Shown here: one piece after another, positions 1 to 9,391 of the stretch
Layout: every line of letters begins with the position of its first letter
How positions within the stretch are numbered: the first letter of the stretch is position 1
Source: Balanoglossus misakiensis
Lineage: Eukaryota; Animalia; Hemichordata
DNA length: 64,000 bases
NCBI GenBank assembly: GCA_040954595.2
Contig: JBECUI020000025.1
Span: 310,001-374,000, forward strand
Reading direction: 5' to 3'
Notes under the pieces: generated by a model
Database searches by the model: none
What the model saw: only the letters and a program-made list of their open reading frames with translations
Told to the model about the DNA's origin: nothing
Program-made: the position numbers and the translations under genes

Positions 1-2463
1 GAAGGAGAAAAATCAGTTTCTCATTGGTTACGGTATCAAAAAGACGTAGAAGTACCCGACGAAGATGGAGAGGTCAAGACATGCAGAATCGCTATCGCCT
101 ATAAACTTCAGCAAAAAGAGAAAAAGAATGCAGATACACCTGAACATACACTTGAACCAGTGTGGAAAATTATTCCTGTAGACCATGGTCAGGTATCAAT
201 CTACTTCCCCGCGGAAAAAGAAACGTCTAATTTGCGATACCATATTCATGCACCATTTGCCTCGACCGTTGCTCGTGATAGCATTCGTGACTGTCATGCT
301 AACTGTAAATTGCGTAATTGCATAGCCGAACTGATAGTGGAATCACTTACCGATATTCGGGACCAGGGTATGCTTACGACGGATTTTCTTGTTGCATTGC
401 CAAACAAAGAAGATAACCTCTCGCCGTTTTATGAACCAATACGAAGGGAAATTGTACATGCATTCAAGCATAAAAAACTCACACCGACACGGAGCGGGAC
501 CTATGCTCCAGCTATCGAGCTCTATAGAGGGACCGCAAAAATTGCCAAAGTTATAAGTGACGAAGATTTATCTTTTTTGACTGGTTCTAAATCGGCGTTA
601 TGGGCAGCTAATCCACCACAAAAAAATCAGCGTGATGATCGCTTCCTTGACAGCCTTGAGATCAGCACCTGGGAATTGAAAGAGATTTCCGAAACACTAA
701 ACAAGGCGAAGCATGAACCCATTAAACAATGGATCGCTAAGAAAAACGATGATTGGATTATGAGTTTTTATGCTCTACTGGGTGAGTACTGTGTGCGTTT
801 GCGGAATGTACGAGGAACTCTATTTCAGCACGTCCCACCCATCGTCAGGGTTAGTACTGATCGAGGAGATGTACATGAGTTGCCTGACAATACGTATTTT
901 TCACCGGAACAGGACATTACTCCACCTCAGGGTATTTACTTTGTAAAACATACCGTCTACAACAAAGGGTCTGAAAGGCAAGATGAAGCAGTCGTATTTC
1001 TTAAACACATTGGTGTGCGCTCCTTTGACGAAAAGGCAGTTATCACATTGAGGTTGGAACGTTACAATACAAAGGAGAAGAAAATTGATGATGATCACTA
1101 TAAAGACCTAAAGAAGTTTATAACTTACTGGAAAGAAAATCCTAACGAAACATACCTTTTCAAGAAGTATGCTTTTCTGGTCGGCAGAATACCGAATGAC
1201 GGTCTGTTTTGGTGCAAGCCTACTAATCTATGCATTGATTCCCCCTATCGAGACACTAGGCTTGCTTCATTGGCAAAAATTCATTTGAAGCAAGTCTTGT
1301 GGGAAGAGTATACGGACAAGTTAGATAAATCACAACTTGAAGACTTCATCAAATTTGTATTGGAAGTGGGAGCAATGCATAAACTTTGTGTTACCGAGAC
1401 ATCTATCGAGAATAATCCAAAATGGGAACGCTATGGAAGAAGAACGCACACAAGCATTCAAGAAGACTATTCAATCGAAGGGCTTGATAGTTATACGAAA
1501 TGTCAATTAGTTTCGGCAAGCCAGTTAATCTGGCAAGCAGTAATTGGAGCAAAGCGGAAAGTAGCCAAGGCTAGGTACCGCCCCAATCAGCAATATGACA
1601 ACGTATGTTCGTTCGATTCGCAACTTGTTGTTCATCTCAAGCAATGTGAATGGATCCCCGATAAATCCGGCAACTTCCATAAACCACAGAACATGACACA
1701 CGATAACCTTCCCACGGAATTCCCTTACGACGATCGGAACGGATTACTAACTGCAATTGGGTTTGGAGAAGTTGAAAAAAGACGCACCGAAGAATATGCC
1801 ACGCAGAACCAAGAAGCACAAAACATGGGATTTGAGACCGCGGATGAAGCTGGGAAATGGGCAGAAGTAGCTCGATTAGCGAAAAAAAAAGGGCGATCCG
1901 CGGATAGCGTCATTGCAGGACTTCAACAAGATCGTTTCCCAACCAAGCCACTGCTCGATCCCGCCAGGCGTCAATTGCGCCTGGACGAACAACGAGCAAA
2001 CGCACCCGATAAGAAATACGAGAAACGTGAAAGTAGCGTACGTACATCCGCCTCAAACAGCGATCCAAAGACATGGCTGCGAGAACAGTATACGAATGAG
2101 GATCAGCAGATGGTCTGTCAGATATGCAAAACTGAGATGCCATTTCGAAAGCGTGATGGAGAATACTACTTCGAGAAAAGGGAGATGTTTTCCGGCAGAA
2201 AATTCGGGGGGCAAAAGGAACATGAAGCCCAATATCTGGCACTCTGCCCTCTATGTGCTGCCAAGTACGGGGAATTTGTAACAACCGACGATAATGCAAT
2301 GGCGGAGTTGAAAAAATCGATTATCAATCCAGACTATGCAGAGAAATGTGAGATCCCAATATTACTCGATAAGGAAAGTAGCATCCGTTTTGTAGAGACA
2401 CATTACCACGATCTAAAAAGAATTATCGAATCTTTTCCCAATACCAAAGATACGGGCAACTAA
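1..2463 (+). CDS. Sacsin/NOV-like ATPase-associated protein with C-terminal HNH-like nuclease (5' end outside window); putative defence protein
   Basis: Frame is open from base 1. Contains 'YHIHAPFASTVARDSI..N..L' (sacsin/NOV-type motif) and C-terminal 'CQICKTEMPF...YYFE...YLALCPLCAAKY' (Zn/HNH-like). Confidence 0.6.
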   Translation, partial: EGEKSVSHWLRYQKDVEVPDEDGEVKTCRIAIAYKLQQKEKKNADTPEHTLEPVWKIIPVDHGQVSIYFPAEKETSNLRYHIHAPFASTVARDSIRDCHANCKLRNCIAELIVESLTDIRDQGMLTTDFLVALPNKEDNLSPFYEPIRREIVHAFKHKKLTPTRSGTYAPAIELYRGTAKIAKVISDEDLSFLTGSKSALWAANPPQKNQRDDRFLDSLEISTWELKEISETLNKAKHEPIKQWIAKKNDDWIMSFYALLGEYCVRLRNVRGTLFQHVPPIVRVSTDRGDVHELPDNTYFSPEQDITPPQGIYFVKHTVYNKGSERQDEAVVFLKHIGVRSFDEKAVITLRLERYNTKEKKIDDDHYKDLKKFITYWKENPNETYLFKKYAFLVGRIPNDGLFWCKPTNLCIDSPYRDTRLASLAKIHLKQVLWEEYTDKLDKSQLEDFIKFVLEVGAMHKLCVTETSIENNPKWERYGRRTHTSIQEDYSIEGLDSYTKCQLVSASQLIWQAVIGAKRKVAKARYRPNQQYDNVCSFDSQLVVHLKQCEWIPDKSGNFHKPQNMTHDNLPTEFPYDDRNGLLTAIGFGEVEKRRTEEYATQNQEAQNMGFETADEAGKWAEVARLAKKKGRSADSVIAGLQQDRFPTKPLLDPARRQLRLDEQRANAPDKKYEKRESSVRTSASNSDPKTWLREQYTNEDQQMVCQICKTEMPFRKRDGEYYFEKREMFSGRKFGGQKEHEAQYLALCPLCAAKYGEFVTTDDNAMAELKKSIINPDYAEKCEIPILLDKESSIRFVETHYHDLKRIIESFPNTKDTGN

Positions 2464-2477
2464 TTACTATCCCACTG
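2457..2477 (+). repeat. 21-bp direct repeat, copy 1 (CAACTAATTACTATCCCACTG)
   Basis: Exact match to 4626-4646; contains the stop codon of the upstream gene. Confidence 0.9.
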
Positions 2478-2660
2478 CCTACAAAAACACCCTAGCCTTC
2501 GTCCAATTTTATAAAGATACTATAATTAAATGCTTAACTTCTTCTATAAGAGTATCTAACCAGCAAATATTTCAAATGTTGCGAAAAAACATCTTCTTTT
2601 GTTGTAAAGTTTTTTATATTAGAGTATTATGGCACATAAGAGACGGATAAGGAGATATAC

Positions 2661-3986
2661 ATGTTAATTACATTTACCGTAGAAAACTGGAAGTCTTTTA
2701 AGAATGAAACTACCTTCTCTATGATCGCCAGTAGAGAACAACAACATGGGGAGCGATTAGTAAAACTCAATAAATATAGAACACGCATCCTTCCTACTGC
2801 CATGTTCTTTGGAGGGAACGCCTCCGGTAAGAGCAATTTCTGTAGTGCTATTGCCTTTGCAAGACACTTTATTGTAAACGGACCAAAACCAAGAGGTATT
2901 ATTGCACGAGAAGCATTTCTATTGGATGAATCATACCGCAAAAAGCCATCCCGTTTTATATTCAAAATTCTAATAGATAATGATATTTACGAATTCTCAT
3001 TTGCCGTTACCTCAACAAAAGTAGTTGAAGAAAGGCTGATACAATTTACCAGCTCCAGCGAAAGAACTCTCTATCATCGGAAGGAAGGAAACACCCCCTT
3101 ATATCTCCACCCATCAAAAGACAATCAATCCCTTCGTTTTTTATTTGGTGGAACAAGGGATAATCAACTCTTCCTGACAAACAGCATCTTTCAAAAGAAC
3201 AAAACATTCAAGCCCATTTATGATTGGTTTTATAAAACATTGGTTCTTATATTTCCAGATAGTAACTTTGAAGAGTTTGAACACTTCTTTAGCAAAGAGA
3301 GCCCGCTCTATCAAGCAATGAACAACGTCCTTCCCGTTTTTGATACAGGTATCAGCGCCATTGAGACCAAAGATATTTCTCTTGATCAAGTTCCCATGCC
3401 AAAAGAGCTAACAGAGCAGATACAGAATGATATGTCGGTTAAGATTATATACGAAAATGAAAGGATTATTATCTCTCGAAACAACGATAGCTTATCGGCA
3501 AAAAAACTCTATACAATACACCAAGGATCGGCAAATAATACCCAAGTGCCATTTGAGATGCAACAAGAATCGGACGGCACAAAACGACTTATTGATCTTC
3601 TTCCTGCATTTATTGATCTCATGCTCACTACAGTTCCCAAGGTTTGCATTATAGACGAGGTCAATAGACATCTTCATTCACTCCTAACCATACAACTACT
3701 GAACGCGTTTCTGAATGCCCCTCATAACGAAACAGGCCGTCAACAACTTCTCTTTACAACACACGATATCATGTTAATGGACCAGGACTTATTTCGCCGA
3801 GATGAGATCTGGATTACGCAACGAAACGAGGACGGTGCATCAGAATTGATTAGTTTTGCAGAGTATACCGATATTCGCAACGACAAAGACATCCGAAAGA
3901 GCTACTTGCAGGGTCGCATGGGTGGTGTTCCAAATATTGTCGGCAATCCACTGATTTTTGCGACAAAGGATACCATACGTGAATAG
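2661..3986 (+). CDS. AAA_21/RloA (AbiL-like) ATPase
   Basis: 'FTVENWKSFK', Walker A 'GGNASGKSN', 'ESDGTKRL', Walker B 'IIDEV', 'QLLFTTHD', 'FRRDEIW', 'YLQGRMGGVP'; RBS AGGAG upstream. Confidence 0.85.
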   Translation: MLITFTVENWKSFKNETTFSMIASREQQHGERLVKLNKYRTRILPTAMFFGGNASGKSNFCSAIAFARHFIVNGPKPRGIIAREAFLLDESYRKKPSRFIFKILIDNDIYEFSFAVTSTKVVEERLIQFTSSSERTLYHRKEGNTPLYLHPSKDNQSLRFLFGGTRDNQLFLTNSIFQKNKTFKPIYDWFYKTLVLIFPDSNFEEFEHFFSKESPLYQAMNNVLPVFDTGISAIETKDISLDQVPMPKELTEQIQNDMSVKIIYENERIIISRNNDSLSAKKLYTIHQGSANNTQVPFEMQQESDGTKRLIDLLPAFIDLMLTTVPKVCIIDEVNRHLHSLLTIQLLNAFLNAPHNETGRQQLLFTTHDIMLMDQDLFRRDEIWITQRNEDGASELISFAEYTDIRNDKDIRKSYLQGRMGGVPNIVGNPLIFATKDTIRE

Positions 3987-4575
3987 AAAATTCAAACGAA
4001 GCACTGGCAATCAACGTTATAAGAGCTTGTTTATCATTTCGACCGAAGGGAGCGAAACGGAACCACTGTATTTCCAGATGTTCAAGAACATACAGCACAT
4101 ACAAGTAACAATCTTGGATAGCAAACATTCTAATCCACAAGAAGTATTAAAAACAATGAAATTGTATCTAAGGAAGAATGACCTACAAGCAAGCGATCAA
4201 GCCTGGCTTGTTATCGATAAGAACAGTTGGACTCCCGAACAACTCCAACCTTTATACGTTTGGAGCAAAAAAAAACCTAATAATTACGGATTTGCACTGA
4301 GTAATCCCATGTTTGAGTACTGGCTCTTGCTTCACTTTGTACCCCCACCTGGCAATATTACCAAAAAAAATTGTGAAGCCAAACTCAAGCAACACCTACC
4401 AGGCTATAATAAAAAAATTACTCCCACACAGTTACAAGAGCTACAAAAGCGTATTCGAACTGCAATAAGAAATGCAAAACAACAACATCAATCCTCCCCT
4501 GAACCCTGGCCAAAATCTTCTTCCGGCACCACTGTATACAAGTTGGTAGAAAAACTTATCAATAAAGTTGTATGA
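3979..4575 (+). CDS. RloB-like protein
   Basis: 'IISTEGSETEPLYF', 'WLVID', 'ALSNPMFEYWLLLHF', 'TTVYKLVE'. Start placed at GTG 3979 (AAAGGA upstream), overlapping the ATPase 3' end. Confidence 0.85.
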   Translation: MNRKFKRSTGNQRYKSLFIISTEGSETEPLYFQMFKNIQHIQVTILDSKHSNPQEVLKTMKLYLRKNDLQASDQAWLVIDKNSWTPEQLQPLYVWSKKKPNNYGFALSNPMFEYWLLLHFVPPPGNITKKNCEAKLKQHLPGYNKKITPTQLQELQKRIRTAIRNAKQQHQSSPEPWPKSSSGTTVYKLVEKLINKVV

Positions 4576-4625
4576 AATTTTCAAACAAGTCTAGCAAAAA
4601 AACCAGTAGCTCTGGTGGACGAGAC

Positions 4626-4646
4626 CAACTAATTACTATCCCACTG
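4626..4646 (+). repeat. 21-bp direct repeat, copy 2; includes the 3' end of the aldo/keto reductase gene
   Basis: Exact match to 2457-2477; on the minus strand it encodes QWDSN-stop. Confidence 0.9.
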
Positions 4647-5714
4647 TACCTCACGATAATCCTGTCGTGGTAGTCCATCCTTGTACCGTTCGGGGTACAG
4701 GGCTTTTGTTCGGATGTCTTCCGCATCGTTTTGTTGCAGGTGCATCCAGCGCGGATATGGTGTCGGTATTGCCGATACCCGGTCTAACTCATTCAGATCG
4801 CGAGCTGTTAACTGTATATCCACCGAAGAGATGTTATCTTTGAGGTGAGGGATCGTTCGTGCAGCAATAATGACACTGGAAATCATGGGGCGTGATAGTA
4901 ACCACGCGAGCGATATTGCAGCAGGCGATGAATTATGCCTATCAGCAATACGCTTAAGTACGGAAACAATTTTGTATCCCTGCTTATGGTCAAAAGGCAC
5001 AAAGTTTCCGGCATCGGAAAAGCGTGTCTGCTGTGGAGCACTCTTTCCTCGCTCATACTTTCCACTCAGGAAGCCACCGGCAAGGGGACTCCAAACCAGA
5101 ATGCCAATATTGTGATACTCGGCACAGGACATAAAACTGTTCTCCAAGCCACGCCCAACAAGACTGTAATACATCTGCCCGCTGACAAACTTATCCAGTC
5201 CGAGTCGCTCCTGAATGCCAAGCGCCGTTGCCGCCTGCCATGAATAGTAGTTGCTAAACCCAATGTAGCGCACCTTGCCCTGCCGAATAAGGTCGTCAAG
5301 ACTTCGTAGTGTTTCTTCTATGGGGGTAATAGCATCCCAGCTATGCATTTGATACAAGTCAATATAATCGGTTTGCAAACGCTTGAGGCTGCTTTCTACC
5401 CCGCGCATAATATTTACCCGCGTTGCGCCACTTCGAATAATGTTCTCACTCATAGGAAGCCGGGCCTTAGTAGCAACAACAAGCTCTTCCCGCATCCCTC
5501 GTATGGCATTTCCAACAAGCTCTTCGCTTTCACCTAAGCTGTATACATCGGCAGTATCAATAAAATTGATGCCTGCATCCAGTGCAACCTTGACCATGGC
5601 ATTCGTCTCTTCCTGCCCAAGATTACCAACATTCATCTTTTTGCCGAACTGCATAGTACCAAGCGATACTGCACTCACCAATAATCCTGAATTACCTAAT
5701 GTTCTATAGATCAT
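4629..5714 (-). CDS. Aldo/keto reductase
   Basis: 'YRTLGNSGLLVS..LGTM', 'GINFIDTADVYS.GESEE', 'SLKRLQTDYIDLYQMH', 'WSPLAGGFLSGKY'. Confidence 0.95.
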   Translation of the reverse strand: MIYRTLGNSGLLVSAVSLGTMQFGKKMNVGNLGQEETNAMVKVALDAGINFIDTADVYSLGESEELVGNAIRGMREELVVATKARLPMSENIIRSGATRVNIMRGVESSLKRLQTDYIDLYQMHSWDAITPIEETLRSLDDLIRQGKVRYIGFSNYYSWQAATALGIQERLGLDKFVSGQMYYSLVGRGLENSFMSCAEYHNIGILVWSPLAGGFLSGKYERGKSAPQQTRFSDAGNFVPFDHKQGYKIVSVLKRIADRHNSSPAAISLAWLLSRPMISSVIIAARTIPHLKDNISSVDIQLTARDLNELDRVSAIPTPYPRWMHLQQNDAEDIRTKALYPERYKDGLPRQDYREVQWDSN

Positions 5715-5811
5715 AACATCCCCCTACTTATAGGTTATTATACACAATCGATGTCAATCTTGCAAGAACATATCAGCAATTCAGGGAAGCGAGATCCAGG
5801 TAGAAGAAGGG

Positions 5812-8565
5812 CTACAGGATTGAATCCGGTATATTGAGCGTCGGCAAATTATTATCATTCCATGTCCATTGACCAGGGTCGGTGCCGAAGACAAAATTAT
5901 TATCAAAAATATGAATGCCGTTTCGAAGAGTAGCAAAGTACTTGTCGTTCAACTGGAACTCTTCCGCAGACCGCTTTGTAAACCCACTGATATCTTCCTC
6001 CTCCAACTCCATTCGCAGACCATTCACCGAAAACAAAGAATATCCAATACCCGGTAGCAGACTAGGGGAACTGATATCTGTCCAGTAGCCACTCACAATA
6101 GGATCAACTGCGTCATCATTGACATTCCCAGCAAGAATGCCGATATTTGTCCTACTTCCTGTCCAGCCAAGTTTTGCTCCTTGGACATACCCAACAACAC
6201 TGCCTTCCATTATTTCTCCGACAAGTCCCGCTGCGGAACCGCTGCCCTTTATGTTTCCAGTATTTATTCCTGTTACCGATCCATCACTATTTCCGACCAA
6301 TCCACCTACTCCCCGAATACAAGAAATATTTCCGCTATTGATACCCGTAATAACACCGGAATTATGCCCTGCTAACCCACCGGCATATGCCTTTTCTCCG
6401 ATAACATCCGCACGGTTTACGCCAATGAGATTCCCAAAATTATCACCGACAACACCACCCACAATTCTACTTCCATATATTCGGTTCTTATTACTTCCGA
6501 TAACCGTGCCGTAATTGACGCCGGCAATGCCTCCAACAGAAAACTGCCCGAGAACTACCCCACCTTCTACTCGGATATCTTGCACAATGCCCGACTTTAT
6601 TGTGCCAGCTAGAATACCGACATTCTTGTTCCCGATTATACTCGGAGATTCCTCGCTCCCATGTCGCAGTTCTATTGTCAGATTCTTCACCGCAAACTCG
6701 GCATTTCCGCTATCAATAACACCGAACAATCCAACGTTATCGCTCCCGATAATATACAGATTGTGAATGACCATACCGTTCCCGTCAAACGATCCGGTAA
6801 AAGGCTCTTTCTCTGTTTTTCCGATCGGTTCGATACCATGACTGGGAACCCCATGATGACTTGGTGTAGGAAAGGTGATGTCATTCTTTAGAATGTATGC
6901 CCCTTCCAGATTTTCTTGCATGTTTTGTAAATCACGCCAAGAATATATTTCCAGTTGGCTTACCTTTTCTGCCTTTTTTTCCATTCGAACAATGGCAGTA
7001 TCACCACCGTAATCATATACAGTGGCATATATGTATATCATTCCCTCAACGTCGTTCCAGTCCGAAGAGTGCCAATCGCTAATACCGAAGTAGACATCTC
7101 CCTGTGTACTAACCAATTCTCGCATAGACTGCATACTACTGTCGTACAGATTCCGTTCATCAGTTTTAATAGTAATGCGATACATGAGAAATGTATTATA
7201 ATAATTCTCCGACAATCCATATACGTGCAGAAGCCGCTCGTTATTATAGTCTCCGAGGGTAAAGCGTTTTCTGTTTTCCGGTTCAGCATCCGGTTTGTAT
7301 ACAATGGAAGAACCCTGGTATTTCACATATACTGTGTATTTTTTGATAAAATTTCCCGTGCCTTGGACAGTATACGTTTGCGGAAGAGTAAAATCTTGTG
7401 GGAGATCGGGGTCAGGACTAATACTCATTGTTGGTTCAATATTGATGGTCGGTATCAGTGCACTAAGGTCTATATCAGCAAGCACAGTGAGACTAATGGT
7501 AGCATCATCTATTGTTGCCTCGTAATCCATCGGCAAATGGGGATTTTTTTCCTGGTCGAAACGAAAAGAAGTTAGTCCACTCAAGCGACCATTGGAATTC
7601 AGATGAACCGTATACAGTTCGGCAGTCCCATCCTTTGCCATAATTTCGTAGGTAACAGGATGGCTAAAATCCTGTGCCTGTTTGTTTCCGGGCTGTATGC
7701 TTATTCCATTTGTTTTAATTGTGGGAATGAGTAGCTTACGCTTAATGTCAGTCGGTAAATGAACATAGATGTTCGTACCTCGAATGTTTCCAACAATATC
7801 ATGTTCAAGAATATTATCCATAGCCTGAAACGAGAATGCTGTAATTTCCTTTGCGGAATCAAGTCCTTTTACCGATATACGAACAGTATATTTTTGGCTT
7901 GCACCGTCTTCAGCCGTTACAACATAGGTAACAGGATAAATGAACCCCATAAGTTTCTTGCTTTCCGGCTCCACCACGGCCTTATCACTTATTTGAACTG
8001 TAGGAGTAAGAAAAAAATTTTCGGGCTTATTTGGCAACTGAACAAGAATATCCGTTCCCTGAATAGTTCCGATAATATCAGAGGCAAAATAATCCCGGTT
8101 ATCCTCATTCAAAAACATAAATGATTCCAGCCCCTTATCGGAGGAGAGTACATAAACCGTATACACAGTTATCGGTTGTGAATCGGTCATAACAATGTAC
8201 CGTACAGGCAGGTTAAAATTTTGCGCTACGCCACTTGCAGGCTTAATTTGAATATTGGCATTGGCAACAACGGTGGGGATAAGGGCAGACCTATCAATTG
8301 CTCCAGGCAGGCTAACTGTAATACTTGTGCCATTTATAACACCGAATACATCCTGCTCAATATTTGCTGCATTATCCGCACGAGAAAAACTGAATGAAAC
8401 AATTTCCACATCAGAATTCTCGCCTCGCATGTTGCTTGCAAATTGTACATTACTACAATTGCCGAATGAAATAGTCAATGTAATTGCTGCTACTATGAGA
8501 TATAATCGTATCACGTCCACCTGCTCACTGCCTCTACCCGGACAGTCCTCTTTCCTATCATACAA
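5812..8565 (-). CDS. Large surface protein/lipoprotein with repeated Ig-like (DUF5018-type) domains and C-terminal GLUG-motif region
   Basis: Four repeats of 'I..F.F....G.I.GT.I.V.LP......L.PT...QDF..PVTY.V.A.DG', then 'IYSWRDLQNM..Y.L.NDI..PIG..PFTGSFDGNG' and 'VGG.AG.N.G' repeats. The true start may be slightly downstream. Confidence 0.7.
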   Translation of the reverse strand: MYDRKEDCPGRGSEQVDVIRLYLIVAAITLTISFGNCSNVQFASNMRGENSDVEIVSFSFSRADNAANIEQDVFGVINGTSITVSLPGAIDRSALIPTVVANANIQIKPASGVAQNFNLPVRYIVMTDSQPITVYTVYVLSSDKGLESFMFLNEDNRDYFASDIIGTIQGTDILVQLPNKPENFFLTPTVQISDKAVVEPESKKLMGFIYPVTYVVTAEDGASQKYTVRISVKGLDSAKEITAFSFQAMDNILEHDIVGNIRGTNIYVHLPTDIKRKLLIPTIKTNGISIQPGNKQAQDFSHPVTYEIMAKDGTAELYTVHLNSNGRLSGLTSFRFDQEKNPHLPMDYEATIDDATISLTVLADIDLSALIPTINIEPTMSISPDPDLPQDFTLPQTYTVQGTGNFIKKYTVYVKYQGSSIVYKPDAEPENRKRFTLGDYNNERLLHVYGLSENYYNTFLMYRITIKTDERNLYDSSMQSMRELVSTQGDVYFGISDWHSSDWNDVEGMIYIYATVYDYGGDTAIVRMEKKAEKVSQLEIYSWRDLQNMQENLEGAYILKNDITFPTPSHHGVPSHGIEPIGKTEKEPFTGSFDGNGMVIHNLYIIGSDNVGLFGVIDSGNAEFAVKNLTIELRHGSEESPSIIGNKNVGILAGTIKSGIVQDIRVEGGVVLGQFSVGGIAGVNYGTVIGSNKNRIYGSRIVGGVVGDNFGNLIGVNRADVIGEKAYAGGLAGHNSGVITGINSGNISCIRGVGGLVGNSDGSVTGINTGNIKGSGSAAGLVGEIMEGSVVGYVQGAKLGWTGSRTNIGILAGNVNDDAVDPIVSGYWTDISSPSLLPGIGYSLFSVNGLRMELEEEDISGFTKRSAEEFQLNDKYFATLRNGIHIFDNNFVFGTDPGQWTWNDNNLPTLNIPDSIL

Positions 8566-8615
8566 TAGTATATAATAATATTCAATAATATATTAATAAA
8601 CTCTAAAAGATATTT

Positions 8616-9350
8616 TTAATAAAATTTTACTCTTGCCTGCCCCTGCTCTACCTGAATAAACAATTTTTCTTCCCCAAAGCTGTCAATATACAGATGTATT
8701 CCCTCCGTTAAAGATAAGTCCATAGATCCAGGTCCCTGCAATGCTTCCGCGAAAGGGTTTGTTGATACCCATTCTCCCACTGGAAGGCTAATGCGATACT
8801 CTTCTGTCTGTATAAAACGTATGGGGCTGCTTTTCCTCTCTGGATCCAGCAATTTATCTACAGTTTGAAGCACGTCAACCCGCCAGGGATTACTCATAGC
8901 ATCAAGTTGTGTACGAAGTTTCGGGATATTGAGCCTCAGGGCGTATCTTCCCTGACGTAAGACTGCAAAGAGTATCTCGCCTGCCACCCCATCTTTCCAC
9001 CGTGCAAGTAGCAACTCCGAACTATCACGGGTATAAATAGCAGCTGCCGGACGAAATGTTATCAATCCGCATTCAGGATATACAAGGATCGGAAGAACAG
9101 GAATATCCGGCAAAGCCAATTCGAGCTCGGGATAACTGCGCATAACGGACATCACCCTATGCCCATCAGACCAAACAAAGCGATACTGCAGACCTACTAT
9201 GTTCTGCCACTTCGTCGGCAGTGCTTCCATGCTTAGATGAATACGTGTTAGCCGATCACCGCAGGTAACAAAGAAAAAACAGACTGTAGCAAACAAAAGT
9301 ATGTCCCATCTCATACGTATAATAATCCTGTCATTCTTTTCCTGCTTCAT
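8616..9350 (-). CDS. Hypothetical (lipo)protein
   Basis: 244-aa ORF with a hydrophobic N-terminus ending 'FFVTCG'. Confidence 0.55.
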   Translation of the reverse strand: MKQEKNDRIIIRMRWDILLFATVCFFFVTCGDRLTRIHLSMEALPTKWQNIVGLQYRFVWSDGHRVMSVMRSYPELELALPDIPVLPILVYPECGLITFRPAAAIYTRDSSELLLARWKDGVAGEILFAVLRQGRYALRLNIPKLRTQLDAMSNPWRVDVLQTVDKLLDPERKSSPIRFIQTEEYRISLPVGEWVSTNPFAEALQGPGSMDLSLTEGIHLYIDSFGEEKLFIQVEQGQARVKFY

Positions 9351-9391
9351 ATTGCATACAAATTACATCTATGCTATACTAACTGCTAGTT

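Noticed and set aside
2457-4646. Integron attC sites around rloAB
   Set aside because: No GTTRRRY/RYYYAAC inverted cores or attC hairpin; it is a plain direct repeat.
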